Positions 1 through 12,356 are shown, numbered from the stretch's first letter. The stretch: 64,000 bases of DNA from Octopus sinensis (GCF_006345805.1 NW_021833273.1:13397-77396); one strand, 5' to 3'. Made by a program: numbers and translations. The notes: generated from the sequence alone by a model not told the origin.

Positions 1-1245
1 AGTGATTTCTTTTATGATCCAAAACTAGGTCAAAAGTACTGAATGGATCTTTACGAAATTTGGAAATTATATTCTATGCATAAGGGCCACAACCCCCATG
101 ACAATTCATATATTTTTGCTGTTGATGACATTTTAACCATAGATATTAGATACAAATGAAGTCATATTTATAAAATTTCCTCTTCTTACAAGTTAGAAAG
201 ACCCCTTCATAGGGACTTAACACCCACAATTTTGTCATTTTATCTAAGCAAAGACGAATACACTTGTACTCTTGGAAGCTGTAGGGTCACCCGAGCATAA
301 AAGATGAGCATTATTTGTAATTCAATGGTACAAAAGTGTAAGAGTTTGCTTTGACATACACTTAGATTGTGATTTCTGCAATGTGCTGCATAAATTGTCA
401 AGTAAATGAGAGACATCTTTGCTTCCACTGATTTAGCTGCAAAGTGTTGAGTAAAGTTATTTGATTGCAGACCTCCTTTCACTCTTTTTATTATCACTGG
501 GTCATACATAGTCCCCAGATGGTAACATTGATTTCAAGGCCTTCCCAGATGAGTGACTGGTTATTCAAACACATTTATAGATTGTAAATTTATTCTGTCC
601 TGTTACGTATCAGTATAGTGGTCATTTGCAAACTCCAACTTTCATTTCTCCTTGCCTCACGTCACACAGTGTTAATGTTTATTTCGGTTGGGTCACGCCC
701 TTCCAATTGCTATAGATTCGTAATGCATCTTACGGATGTGCTTGTCAACTGCATGGTGAGGAATACTACATTGGGAGTGGTACCGACTAGGGTACTGTAG
801 CTGACTACTTATTGTGATCATTCGTCTTTTGGTTTCCTGTAGCTTTGCTCTCTTTTACAAATCCAGTGAACATATATTTCCTATTTCAAAGAAATTCAAA
901 CAATAGATATAGGACCCAAGTTAAAAAGATTCTCAACAATTCCACTTCTTTGGTTGACAATAAGACGCCCACCCCCAATAGGGGCCTTAACTCTCACATT
1001 TTAGAGCTCCATGACCTCCATTTTTCAGGAGCAAAATCCTTTTAACAGGTTCTATAAGACTGGAATTTTGGAATATGCACATAAAAATCAGTAGTATGGG
1101 ATACATGTGGCACGATTACAATTTTTTAGGGTGTGTAAAGAGGAAAACAACCCACATCTGCAATTTTGATGAAATTCGAAATATAGGTATTCCAGTTCAT
1201 TACAGAAAATATAACAGAAAAGACTAATACTTCAATTGCATGTAA

Positions 1246-1273
1246 CACGGGCAACGGCGGGTAACTCTGCTGG
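1246..1273 (+). mobile_element. Helitron 3' terminus (degenerate hairpin + CTRR)
   Basis: CACGGGCAACGGCGGG-TAACTCTG-CTGG|T resembles the hairpin + 8 nt + CTAG|T ends at 52000-52027 and 58472-58499. The 5' end was not located. Confidence 0.5.
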
Positions 1274-1309
1274 TAATTATATATATATATATATACAATA
1301 CATAATTGA

Positions 1310-1468
1310 ATAAGGAACAGAAGAAACCCCGCTCCAACATGCTGTAAGAATACGCCCAAAAATGTTATAAACCACCAATCCATATTTTTGCAAGAGCTAA
1401 AGGTGGTTTATAACGTTTTTTGGCGTATTCTTACAGCATGTTGGAGCAGGGTCTTTCCTGTTCCCTTA
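1310..1468. repeat. Fold-back: ~67-bp inverted repeat, 25-nt loop
   Basis: Arm 1310-1376 (ATAAGGAACAG...GTTATAAACCACC) is the reverse complement of 1402-1468 with a few mismatches or indels. TA-rich runs flank both sides. Confidence 0.9.
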
Positions 1469-1620
1469 TATAATTTTTTAATGTATGTATATATATATAA
1501 TTATTATTTTAGTATATATATATATATATATATATTGATTGATTGATTGATTCTAGTTTCAGCTCATGAGCTGTGGCCATGCTGGGGCACAGCCATTTGG
1601 TGTTGCTACTTGGTTTTACT

Positions 1621-3467
1621 TCACGAAAGCTTTTTAGCAACTGCCATTTGGTGCATGAGAGAGTTCGATGCAGCTGCCCTCATCTGCACCTCCTGCCGTG
1701 AAGTTGGTTCATCTGGGACACCTGACAGGAAGAGATCCAGTTTCATTTTAAAGACATCTGCATCCACCCCATGCAGGTCTCTCAAGTTATTCGGGAGGAT
1801 ATTGAAGAGCTGTGGGCCTCGGAAGCCCAGGCTATCACAGTATCTTGTCCTACATCTTGATGGCAAATTTGGACTCCTAGGCACCACGCAGTGGCGCCCA
1901 GTTCTGGCATTTGTGTAACTCTCGATGCCAAAGTTTGGGACACGTCCCTCCAGGATCTTCCAGATGTGTATTATGGCATATCTTTCCCGCCTACGCTCCA
2001 AGGAATATAGTTTTAACCTCTTGAGTCTTTCCCAGTAGCTTACATTCTGCATAGAGGCTATCTTCTTCGTGTAGCTACGCTGGATCGCCTCGAGCTCTGT
2101 GATCAACTTGACACTGGATGGTGACCATAACTGAGAGCAATAGTCAAAGTGGCTTAGGACAAGTGTCCTCCAGAGGACCACCATGGTTTCTTGTTCTCTT
2201 GTTCTAAAGGTTCTGAGAATCCATCTGGCCAGTCGTCTACATTTCATTGCCAATTTAACAACATGTACACGAAAGGTTACGTCATCACTCATGTAAATAC
2301 CCAGGTCACGCACTGATTGTGCCTCTGGGATTGCTATTCCTCCGGGTCCAGTGTATTCATTGGGTATTGCATTTAGTTTTGCATGCTGATAGTATAAAGC
2401 TTGAAACTTTTCAGCATTGAACTGCATGCTATTCTTTTCAGCCCACTTGTATATTTTGTCCAGCTCACATTGCAGGCGTTTAGTGTCCTCAGGGTTCTGT
2501 ATTGCCTGTGAAACTTTTGTATCATCTGCATAACTTGTGATCGTGGCTCTCTGCGTGGCTGAGGGCATGTCTGAGAGGGCCATTATGAACAGTAGTGGTC
2601 CCAGAACAGTGCTCTGCGGAACACCGCTCACTATTTGCGTTTTAATGGAAGTGGCCCCATTGGCTACTACCACCTGACTTCTATCTTTCAGAAAGTCATG
2701 AAGCCATTCTCCCAGTTTTCCAACTATGTTGAGATCACGCAGTTTGTGACATATCATTCCATGATCGACTTTATCAAAGGCCTTTGCAAAGTCGAGATAT
2801 ATGACTTCCACATTTGAGTGGTTGAGCAGCCGTTTCAGCACCCAGTCATAGTGTTGTAGGAGCTGAGTTAAACAGCTTCTCCCTGGTCGGAAACCATGTT
2901 GGGTGTCAGGCAGCAAGTCATTTTCTTCAAGGATGGTGATCAGTTTCCTTCTGACTATTTGTTCCATGACCTTGCTGATGTGTGAGGTCAGAGAGATAGG
3001 TCTGTAGTTCTTGGCCTCCGCTCTGCTACCTCCTTTATGAATGGGGCATATTTTACCTTCCTTCAGTTTTCTTGGAAGTTTGCCAGCTGCAAGGAAGCTC
3101 TGAAAGAGGAACTGCAGTGGTCTTGCTAGGACTCTCTTACATGCTTTTAGGAGGATTGCTGGGAATCCATCGGGGCCAGTAGCTGAGTCTGTTTTCATTT
3201 CATCTATAGCCTTTATTACATCGTCTTCCTTTATATCGATGTAATCTATCGTCGCCGCCTCTGATTTTATATCTTCAGTGGTAAAGAAGTCAGTTGGATT
3301 GGTGATTTGGAGATGCCCAAGGGGTGGAGTGAAAACACTCTTGAATTGCTCATTCAGTATTTCACTTACCCTCATTGGTTTTCCCGTAAGTGTGCCATCC
3401 TTTTCAAGGAGTGGCCCTATTCTACAGTGCACCGTAGCTGTTTCTTTGGCATACCTGTAGAAAGCTC
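1621..3467 (-). CDS. LINE ORF2 reverse transcriptase region, stop-free for over 600 aa
   Basis: NYRPISLTS, QHGFRPGRSC, YLDFAKAFDKVDH, GVPQSTVLGP, YADD, RDLGI, and the CR1-type C-terminus DYCSQLWSP...YSLERRRERY. The frame opens near 3467 (AFYRYAKE). Confidence 0.93.
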
Positions 3468-4314
3468 TGGGTTAGATTTTATGTTGTCTATAGCCCAGGC
3501 TTCTTTGTCTGCTCTTTCCTTTTCATGGGAGAGTTGCAGACATTTTTCAATTTCCAACAGTTTTATTTTTAGGCGGGACTTTTCACTGCTTTCAATCTGT
3601 TTGTTTAGGCGATTTGAAATTTTTGTACGCCGTCTCATTAAAATTTTCCTCTCTCTGGGGATTTTGTTCTTGTGTACAGTGGCCTTTCTCTCTGGGACAC
3701 ATTTGTAGCATATGGCTTGCATTACAGACATGAATTGTTGAAGTTTCACGTCGATGTCTGGCGAGGAGAGACATTTAGGCCAGTTTTGTTTGAGGATCTC
3801 TTTCTCAATTTGTTTCCAGTTTGCCTTATGGTAGTTCAAGCTGGAAAGATTCTGAGGGTTTCTTGTAGGCTGCATGTCCGTGCTCTCTTTTGGCCCGTAC
3901 ATGGTCAGCTCTACCATGTTGTGATCCGAGAGTAGTGTCGGTGTCACTTTCACATTATGGATGAGATCCATGTCATTTGTGAAGCAGAGATCCTGCCCTG
4001 GTTGGTTGGAGTATTACTTGCTCCATGTACAGGGTGTTGATGAGGTTCAGGAGGGACCTCGCCTGTCTTCGTTCACATCTTGTCGTTCCTGGGAGAGAAA
4101 GGCCCTCGGGCCATCTGACATTGGGTAGATTGAAGTCTCCCATAAGAAGTACACTTATGTGTTGTTCTAATGTGATTAGAGCTTCTTCTATTTTTATAAG
4201 GCAGTCTTCAAACTTGCCCACATGGATTGGGGCATCTGGAGGGCGATATGTAGCACACACAACTACATCAAGTTGCCTTATATGTACAATTAGTGTGTCA
4301 CACACCGAGTTTGA

Positions 4315-4315
<1 letters not shown>
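3468..4315 (-). pseudogene. LINE ORF2 endonuclease and linker, two frameshifts
   Basis: QPTRAG continues as DLCFTNDMDL in another frame (small deletion near 3993). IKSNP continues as AFYRYAK in another frame (1-nt loss near 3468). Confidence 0.85.
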
Positions 4316-4397
<82 letters not shown>

Positions 4398-4660
4398 TTG
4401 TAAATATTAAGGGTTTATTCGGAACGTTTACCAGTTTGCTCTCAGCTAAGTATTCAAAATAGGCTATCCAACAGTTAATATATAAATCCATAATATGCTC
4501 ATAAAGTAAGAATTTAGAGGTATATTCCGTTGGATAATTCTGAATACATTACCTTAACCATATGGGTTTCCTGGAGCATATAATCTAAAAATCAACAACA
4601 ATAATAATAAGATTTATTACGAAATGGTATAGCAGTACTTTTTATCCTCTATACACACAC

Positions 4661-4709
<49 letters not shown>

Positions 4710-4731
4710 TATATATATATATAATATATAT

Positions 4732-4775
<44 letters not shown>

Positions 4776-4778
4776 ATG

Positions 4779-4862
4779 TTGGACGCATTCTTGTCTGTCT
4801 CCTAACAGAGCATTCTTTATATATATATATTGGACGCATTCTTGTCTGTCTCCTGGCAGAGC
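4779..4862. repeat. Local tandem duplication, period 51
   Basis: TTGGACGCATTCTTGTCTGTCTCCT(AA/GG)CAGAGC occurs at 4779 and 4830. Confidence 0.9.
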
Positions 4863-5287
4863 TTGTTTCTCAGCGTTCACCAACTCAACTCATCTAGGCT
4901 TAGCAGCCCTTCCTGTTTGTTTTCACTGTCATGTTTTTGTTACCAAATTTGACCCTCCGCAAAATCCCGCAAGTGTTATGTCGAAATGGTACCTCGTTGT
5001 GAATTGCTCGAAATACGAAGTAGAAAAACAGCCGACAACTGATGAAGTGTCGTTTTTTCATACTTGTCTTGTTTTCCATTTGTTTCTTTTGTTGTTCGCC
5101 CAAAAATTTCGTATTCTATGTCTTCGTTTTTCGTATTTCATGTTGTTTACGTTCCCATATATGCATGTGCCCATATATGCATGTATATACAAATATATGT
5201 ACGTACATATATATGTGTGTGTGTATGTATGCATATATATTTATTATATATATGTGTGTATGTATGCATATATATTTATATATTATA

Positions 5288-5338
<51 letters not shown>

Positions 5339-5841
5339 CAGCTTTACATAGACTGATACATGTTTCAACTGCATTGATTAGTAACTGCTGCAATTGCAGC
5401 CTCACTATAATACTGGTGCAGTTTCTTCGCGGTCTTTACTTAATATCCTTTGATTTAACTGTTTATACATGCACTAAACACACATATATAATATATAAAT
5501 GTGTATTTTATGCATGATTGTTTGTGCTGGCTCGAGGATAAAGGTGGCATATAATTGGTTCTCTTTTCTCTACCATTTCTCCTAAAACACCATAAGCTAT
5601 CCAGACAGGTAAATAGTTCAGCGCACTCTGATTGGTCAACACTTTGTAGCGTGTCATACATCAATTTGGTTCTTAAAACCTTGTCTCATGCTATGTTTCC
5701 CATTACTGTCTCCCCATGCCAGCATCTTCTTCAACAAAATAATCATTATATTCTTCCTCATTTTGACTTAGTTTATCATTCATTATCGTCATCTCATTCT
5801 CCGGTTGCAAATGAAGAAATATTTATTATTAATGGGGCTTG

Positions 5842-6050
5842 AAGAATCGTCAGTGCGTCGGACAAAATGCTTAGCTGTCTTTTTTCCAGCTCTTTATGTT
5901 ATAAGTTCAAATATCAGCATGGTCAGCGGTCACCTATGCCTTTCAACCCAGCAGGATCGGTAAAATGTAGTACCTGTGAAGTAATGAGACTGATGTAATC
6001 AGGTCGCCGCCTTCTTACAAATTTGTTGATCTTGTGCCAAAATTAGAAAT
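5842..6050 (+). mobile_element. tRNA-derived SINE family B, diverged
   Basis: AAATGCTTAG, GTTCAAAT (B-box), GCCTTTCA, GATGTAATC and CTTGTGCCAAAATTAGAAA match the other family B copies. A (CTA)n run follows. Confidence 0.7.
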
Positions 6051-6121
<71 letters not shown>

Positions 6122-6687
6122 GCCAAAATGTTTAACATTTGCTTTACTCAAGAAACTTTCGCAATATGTAATTTTCGGCAGTTTTAATAGATTTTCGGAG
6201 CTGCTCGAAGAGACTTTGAAATTCTTTTGTTTAATTTAATGAGATTTGAAGATAAAAGGGACACAATTTTAAGACCAATCCTCTACATTCTGTTCACCCT
6301 GGTGCGTCCGTCATGATATAAGCTGATCGTTCCGGATGTCTCAACTAGATAATCAGAAATTAGCCACAATATCTGTATGGTAGATAGTCACTGCTTGTAT
6401 TTTAAGCATAGATCTCTATGTTCCCCTGATTGTGCATCATGGCTGCTGTATCTGTCTTTGACATAATCTGTATTACTGTTATGTCATCATGTGACCCGAT
6501 GTGAAAGACCTGTTCAGATGAGTGTTTAGTCATTTCACGCACCAGTTGCTTGCAAGTCATCAAGTTCAAAGAAATTTCTACCTTATCATATTGTCATGCC
6601 TCAGAGTTTATTCCTATGGGCACGAAAACAGAAACCGGATATAATATTGATTACGTGTTCACCAAACGTGTGATCGTTCATCACACG

Positions 6688-6806
<119 letters not shown>

Positions 6807-7685
6807 ATACATATATATATATATATATATAATACATATATATATATATACACATTGGTGTCTGAGGGTGCAGTAAAGCTACTGGGAATGAGGGACCCCT
6901 GGTTGTTGTCAAGGCACCCCTCTAGGAGAAGGCCACCTCTTATATAAAACCCGCTGCTTTACTGAAAGGAATAATTTGCTCTTTGCTTGTCTCTGAGCTT
7001 CTTGGTGTTGCTTGTGTGAGTCGTGATATTTTGTACACCACTCGACAAACCTGTACGGGGGACATTGCTGTCACTTTTCTGTCAACAGTACACAACTATC
7101 GTGTATGTATGTATGTATGTATGTATGTATGTATGTATGTATGTATGTATGTATGTATGTATGTATATTTGTATGTATGTATGCATGTATGTACGGATGC
7201 GTGTGTGTGTGGGTGCGCACGGGCGCGGGTATATGTTTATGCCTGTGCATGTACATACATACATACTTATATTTTTAGATATATGCAACAGCGAGATTGT
7301 CATGCATGATGTCTTGTAGAGCAATCAATCAGTCGATGGGTGACAAGTTCGAAATCAAATGTTGATAATTTGTACTTAGAGCCAAACAGTTTATTGTAAA
7401 CTGCGTCGGTTCAATTTGCTATCGGAATCGATATCTTATGATTGAGGAACGTTCAGTGTTACGAATACAGCATCTCAAAGATTTAGATTTCTTCTACTGC
7501 TCCAAGAAATAACAAAACGTCAGTTCTAATTTGTGTCGCTGACTCTCGAAGAATTTTTAAGGAGCGACACATATAGGTTAATATAGAAAAAATTGTGTCG
7601 CTGTTACACGTGCATCACGGACAAACAGCTTTAAGTAAACGACCCCACTGATTGTTCATCAGAGATAACGATGGCGGCGACGACG

Positions 7686-7735
<50 letters not shown>

Positions 7736-8217
7736 CATCATCATTATTATGATATGATGATTATGATGATGATGAGTATCGTATTGATAAACTCTTTGTG
7801 GAGAAGTTGAGAGATGAATGTGATCGTTAGCTATAATTCCTTTCTCCTTCCCCTTCTCCTCACCGTCATCGTCGTTATCGTCGTCGTCCTCCTCCTCGTC
7901 CTCCTCCTCCTCATCGTCGCCACTGCCGTTGCCGCTAACTCATAACCACCACCACCACCACCACCACCACCCTTAACAGTGAGGAGAATGCTATTTTCAG
8001 TTCTTTTATTTATTTATTTATTTATTTATGGAGTGAGGTGCACGCCACGCCTAGCCACCCGCACCCTTTCTCCCATAAAACTATCCAGAACACGATCACA
8101 AACTGAGTGACGACATCAGCTGTAACTTGTCAGTAATTATATATCAGTATTTGACAATTCAACGCAACAGACCCTTCATATATATATTCCTGCATAGCTA
8201 TACCAAAATGTTTTATA

Positions 8218-8239
8218 TAATAATAATAATAATATAATA

Positions 8240-8332
<93 letters not shown>

Positions 8333-8461
8333 TATTATTATCATTATTATTATTATCATTATTATCGTTATTATCATTATTATTGTTGTTGTTATTATTA
8401 TTATTATTATTATTATTTATTATTATTATTATATATTATTATTATTATTATTATTATTATT
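8218..8461. repeat. (AAT)n switching to (ATT)n microsatellite
   Basis: Read directly; the polarity switch is near 8297. Confidence 0.95.
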
Positions 8462-8885
8462 GAGTGAGAGAGCAGCTCATGCAATCAAAGTGACACTGAG
8501 GTACAGATATACGAAGCCCAATATACCTATCATGACTACCCGTCTGATAAGTGTACACCAGACGCATGAACAACATGTTTAAGGATGTTGAACGAAACAT
8601 CTATGTTTCCAGAAGTGAATTAGTCAAACCCCAAAGAATTTCTCTCAAAACATGACTATAATGCTTCCAACTACTTCCTTTCGTGATCAGAGATGCACAT
8701 TTCGTCAGCCACTAAGGGACATGCTTAACTGGTTAAAGTCAAGCAACTGACAAGCAAATCTGTGTTATTGAGCAGAATATTTGCTGCAGTCCATCTTTTA
8801 TACCAAGACAAAACAATGTACATGATAACTTCCAAGCTGTTAAGATGAGAATCAGTGAGAACCACTGCCTGGTACTGCATCAATT
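8462..8885 (+). repeat. Unclassified interspersed repeat (family D)
   Basis: 8620-8790 aligns with 31320-31490 (CCAAAGAAT...TAAGGGACATGCT...GTCAAGCAACTGACAAGCAAATCTGTG.TATTGAG.AGAATATTTGCT). Confidence 0.75.
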
Positions 8886-8924
8886 ATTGTTCATGTCGAG
8901 CAAGAACATTTTTCAATGTCCATG

Positions 8925-9150
8925 ATGCTGGGTCACAACCAGTTCCCTTAGATATTGAGGACCTTCCTTACAGTTCTTGTTGTTCTTAATCGAGCAGATT
9001 TCTGAATTAATGCAATTCTCGTGGTTTCACCAGGCTTAATGAGAAGGCTGTTAAGTTTGTTGGCGATAGTACCTTCAGCAACAGGGATTACCCTTCACAG
9101 TCGTCATTTTTCCCAAGCCAAATCATGGTATCATCCTCCTCCTATTGTTT
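8925..9150 (-). mobile_element. R4/Dong-like RLE LINE 3' fragment
   Basis: Translates as ...YHDLAWE...VIPV...IQKSARLRTTRTVRKVLNI*, the typical C-terminal end of the RLE domain. Confidence 0.7.
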
Positions 9151-9194
9151 CTCATATATTCACAACAGATTAGACTGTTTGAAAAGAAATATTC

Positions 9195-10415
9195 CTAACA
9201 TCAGACTACAACAAGCAGTCTTAGATGCCAAGAACCTTCCTAAGTGTCCTAGCTGTCCCTAATAACACTGTTTTCTGCAGCTGTGCTAGAATGGGTTTTA
9301 TGCTTATTTCCTCTATACATTTGTTCAAATATTTAGGGAGAGTTCCTAATGCACCTATAATTACTGGGATACATTTTACCCGCACTTTCTACAATCTCTG
9401 TAATTCAATGGCTAAGTTATTTGCTATTTTTTCTATACCTCTCATATTGATTTTTTTCATCACCTGGGACTGTAAAGTCAATTATCTGACATTTTTTATT
9501 CCCTTTATCTACTACTACCACCAAATCAAGCATCTAGCTTATATTACTCTGTCAGTCTGAATGTTAAAGTCCCACAACATCTTGTATTTCTTAATTTCTA
9601 GTATTTTACTAGGTTCATGATCATACCATTTATCAGTATGTTCAAATCCTAGCTTTCTACATAGCTCCCTATGGATTATTCTTCCTAGAGTGTCATGTAT
9701 TTTCTTGTAGTCTTTCTGTGCTAGCATGCTACATTCACTTATTATATGTGTAACACTCTTCTCTTTTGATTTGCATAATCTACATCGGAAATCTACTTGT
9801 TTTTTTTTTCTATCTTGGCTTTTATCCAATTAGTCATTAATGCTTGATCTTGTGCTGCTACTAACAAACTTTCTGTCTCCCTTTTCCAGCATTCCTTTCT
9901 GCAACGATAACCATGTCTCACTACTACTATTTCCTGCAACTATCTTTGGGAATCTATTATGCAAAACCTCCTGCCAGTCAGATAATTTCTATTTTTTTGT
10001 TTTGTTTTTAACTTCGCTTGATTTTTTTGTTTCACTATGTCTTGCTGTCACTCTTGCAGCTTTTAGTAAGCTTTCTTCACTATTACCTAGATAGGAGTCT
10101 ATATCTACTCTAATTTCACACATTCTTCAACTGATATTAACCCACTTGCGCTTTCCTTTTTTGGTAGGTATAATCTTGCTACACCTCCCCAGTTCTTCTG
10201 TTTAGCTTTGCTAATTCAGTTTTTGTTCAATCTACAGAAGCTGCTGATTATCTTAGTAATGATACTTCCCTGGTATTTACAGCCTTCACTAGAATCCGAC
10301 CATTTAGCTTTGACTTCCTTAACCTTCCTCAATATTCGTCTTCCTTTTTGTAGTTAGTACCCTGTCAAATTCCAATACACCAATGCATTTATAACTCTCT
10401 CCTCCTTTCAATGGT
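9195..10415 (-). mobile_element. R4/Dong-like RLE LINE 3' fragment (RT thumb, CCHC, RLE), decayed
   Basis: KSKLNG..VKAVNT, RLYLP, CRLCKSKEKSVTHIISEC (CCHC), HDTLGRIIHRELC, LWDFNIQTD, DFTVPGD, IPVIIGALGT, QKTVLLGTARTLRKVLGI*. Confidence 0.9.
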
Positions 10416-10439
10416 CATCTGGTAATTGGATGCCTTAGC

Positions 10440-10615
10440 TGTTATGACAAGGTTGGCCCCCTTTCAGTTACAGCTACAACTCATTTTTGCCAGCTGAGTG
10501 GACTGCAGCAAGGTGAAGTAAAGTACCTTGCTCAAGAACACAGTGCGCTACTGGGAATCGTACTGATGACTTTATGATCGTGGGTCGAATACTCTTAACC
10601 ACTGAACACACACCT
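10440..10615 (-). mobile_element. tRNA-derived SINE family C
   Basis: Minus strand has CAGTGGTTAAG (A-box-like), CGATTCCC (B-box-like) and the body CACTGTGTTCTTGAGCAAGG...CAGTCCACTCAGCTGGCAAAAATGAGT. Confidence 0.65.
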
Positions 10616-11103
10616 CCATTCTCTTAACCGTAGAGAAAGGAGTGAAGCGATAGAAGCAGAGAAAGGAAAGCCTCCGTCATTTAAAATGATAATTAGACTG
10701 AAATACGATCGATCCTTTCTAGCTTCTTTACTTTTAAAATTGAAGAAGAGGGAAGGCCATTTACTAATGAATAGGGGGGAAGTCTTTCAGCTGTTTATGT
10801 TTTCATTCTGGGAGTTCTTGAATGATCGACTGTTTGTTCTCTCTTCTTTCCCCCCACCTCCGGTACTTATTCGCTTTCTTTCATTGTTCTTCATGTCTTT
10901 TAGTTAGGGGGGAAAGACCTTGTTTTTTTCCAGACACGTTTAATGTTTCCTCTACAAACTACAAACAAGCCCACCTCTCTTCTTTATTTTGCATACAAAA
11001 CTAATGCAAATTTCGAACAGGGTATAACTGTGAAAAGAGCCCAGAAAAATGGGTAATACCCCTACAAAATGGGTGAAGGAAATACACCTCAATACTTTAA
11101 AGA

Positions 11104-11510
<407 letters not shown>

Positions 11511-11723
11511 CCAGAAGAACGTTCCATACCACCAAACCAAGAAGGTTCTTTGAATATGTACGATGTGTTTTATGGCTAAATAGTAATTCTGTTTACGTTT
11601 GCGTAACAGGTATTTTGGTTGGATTATATAGTTATCGGTTTTACACTTCTTTCTTTATTCTGTAACTGTCACTATGTAGAAACATTTCTCATGGCACCAG
11701 CATCCAATTTAAAAATGCTTACA

Positions 11724-11765
11724 TTTTTTATATTTTCCGTGAAGTTTCACGGAAAATATAAAAAA
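11724..11765. repeat. Perfect 20-bp inverted repeat, 2-nt spacer
   Basis: TTTTTTATATTTTCCGTGAA-GT-TTCACGGAAAATATAAAAAA. Confidence 0.95.
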
Positions 11766-11982
11766 CGTCATTATAGCTAGTCATTATTATTACATCATTT
11801 TACTTCGCGGAGCCCTCCATTTTACTTGCTCCTGTTAATTCTGTGAGAGCGGACATCATCCTAGTCAAAGGTTTCACAGGGTCCCTTTCCTCTAATCTCA
11901 GACTCTTTACCGTCAGAATCGTCACAATTATTTTTGAGCATGTTCCACTCTCATACCAATTCCTATAACTATTATTATTATT

Positions 11983-12196
11983 AAGGCGGCGCGCTGACAG
12001 AATTGTTAGAACACTGGACGAAATGCTTAGCGGTATTTCGCTCGTTGCTACGTTCTGAGTTCAAATTTCGCCGAGGTCGAATTTACTTTTCATCCTTTCG
12101 GGTCGATAAATTAAGTACCAGTTCAGTATTTGGGCCGATGTAATCGACTATCATCCTCCCCCAAATGTCAGGCCTTGTGCCTATAATAGAAAGGAT
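11983..12196 (+). mobile_element. SINE family B, near full length, in (ATT)n
   Basis: AAGGCGGCGCGCTGACAGAATTGTTAG head, GAGTTCAAATT B-box, GTCGATAAATTAAGTACCAGTT body. (ATT)n on both sides, with a long tail to about 12392. Confidence 0.9.
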
Positions 12197-12272
12197 TATT
12201 ATTATTATTATTATATTATTATTATTATTATTATATTATTATTATTATTATTATTATTAATATTATTATTAC

Positions 12273-12345
<73 letters not shown>

Positions 12346-12356
12346 ATTATTATTAC

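Larger units (their letters stand above)
1535..4315 (-). mobile_element. CR1-group LINE, 5'-truncated, inserted in (TA)n
   Basis: C-terminal half of an APE endonuclease (TYRPP, LLMGDFNLP, SDHNMV), linker, RT, short 3' UTR, terminal stem-loop and (TCAA)n tail. (TA)n lies on both flanks (1512-1534, 4316-4390). Confidence 0.95.

Noticed and set aside
240-1045. Short ORFs at 240-509, 618-800 and 845-1045
   Set aside because: No recognisable motifs or splice structure; lengths are within chance expectation.
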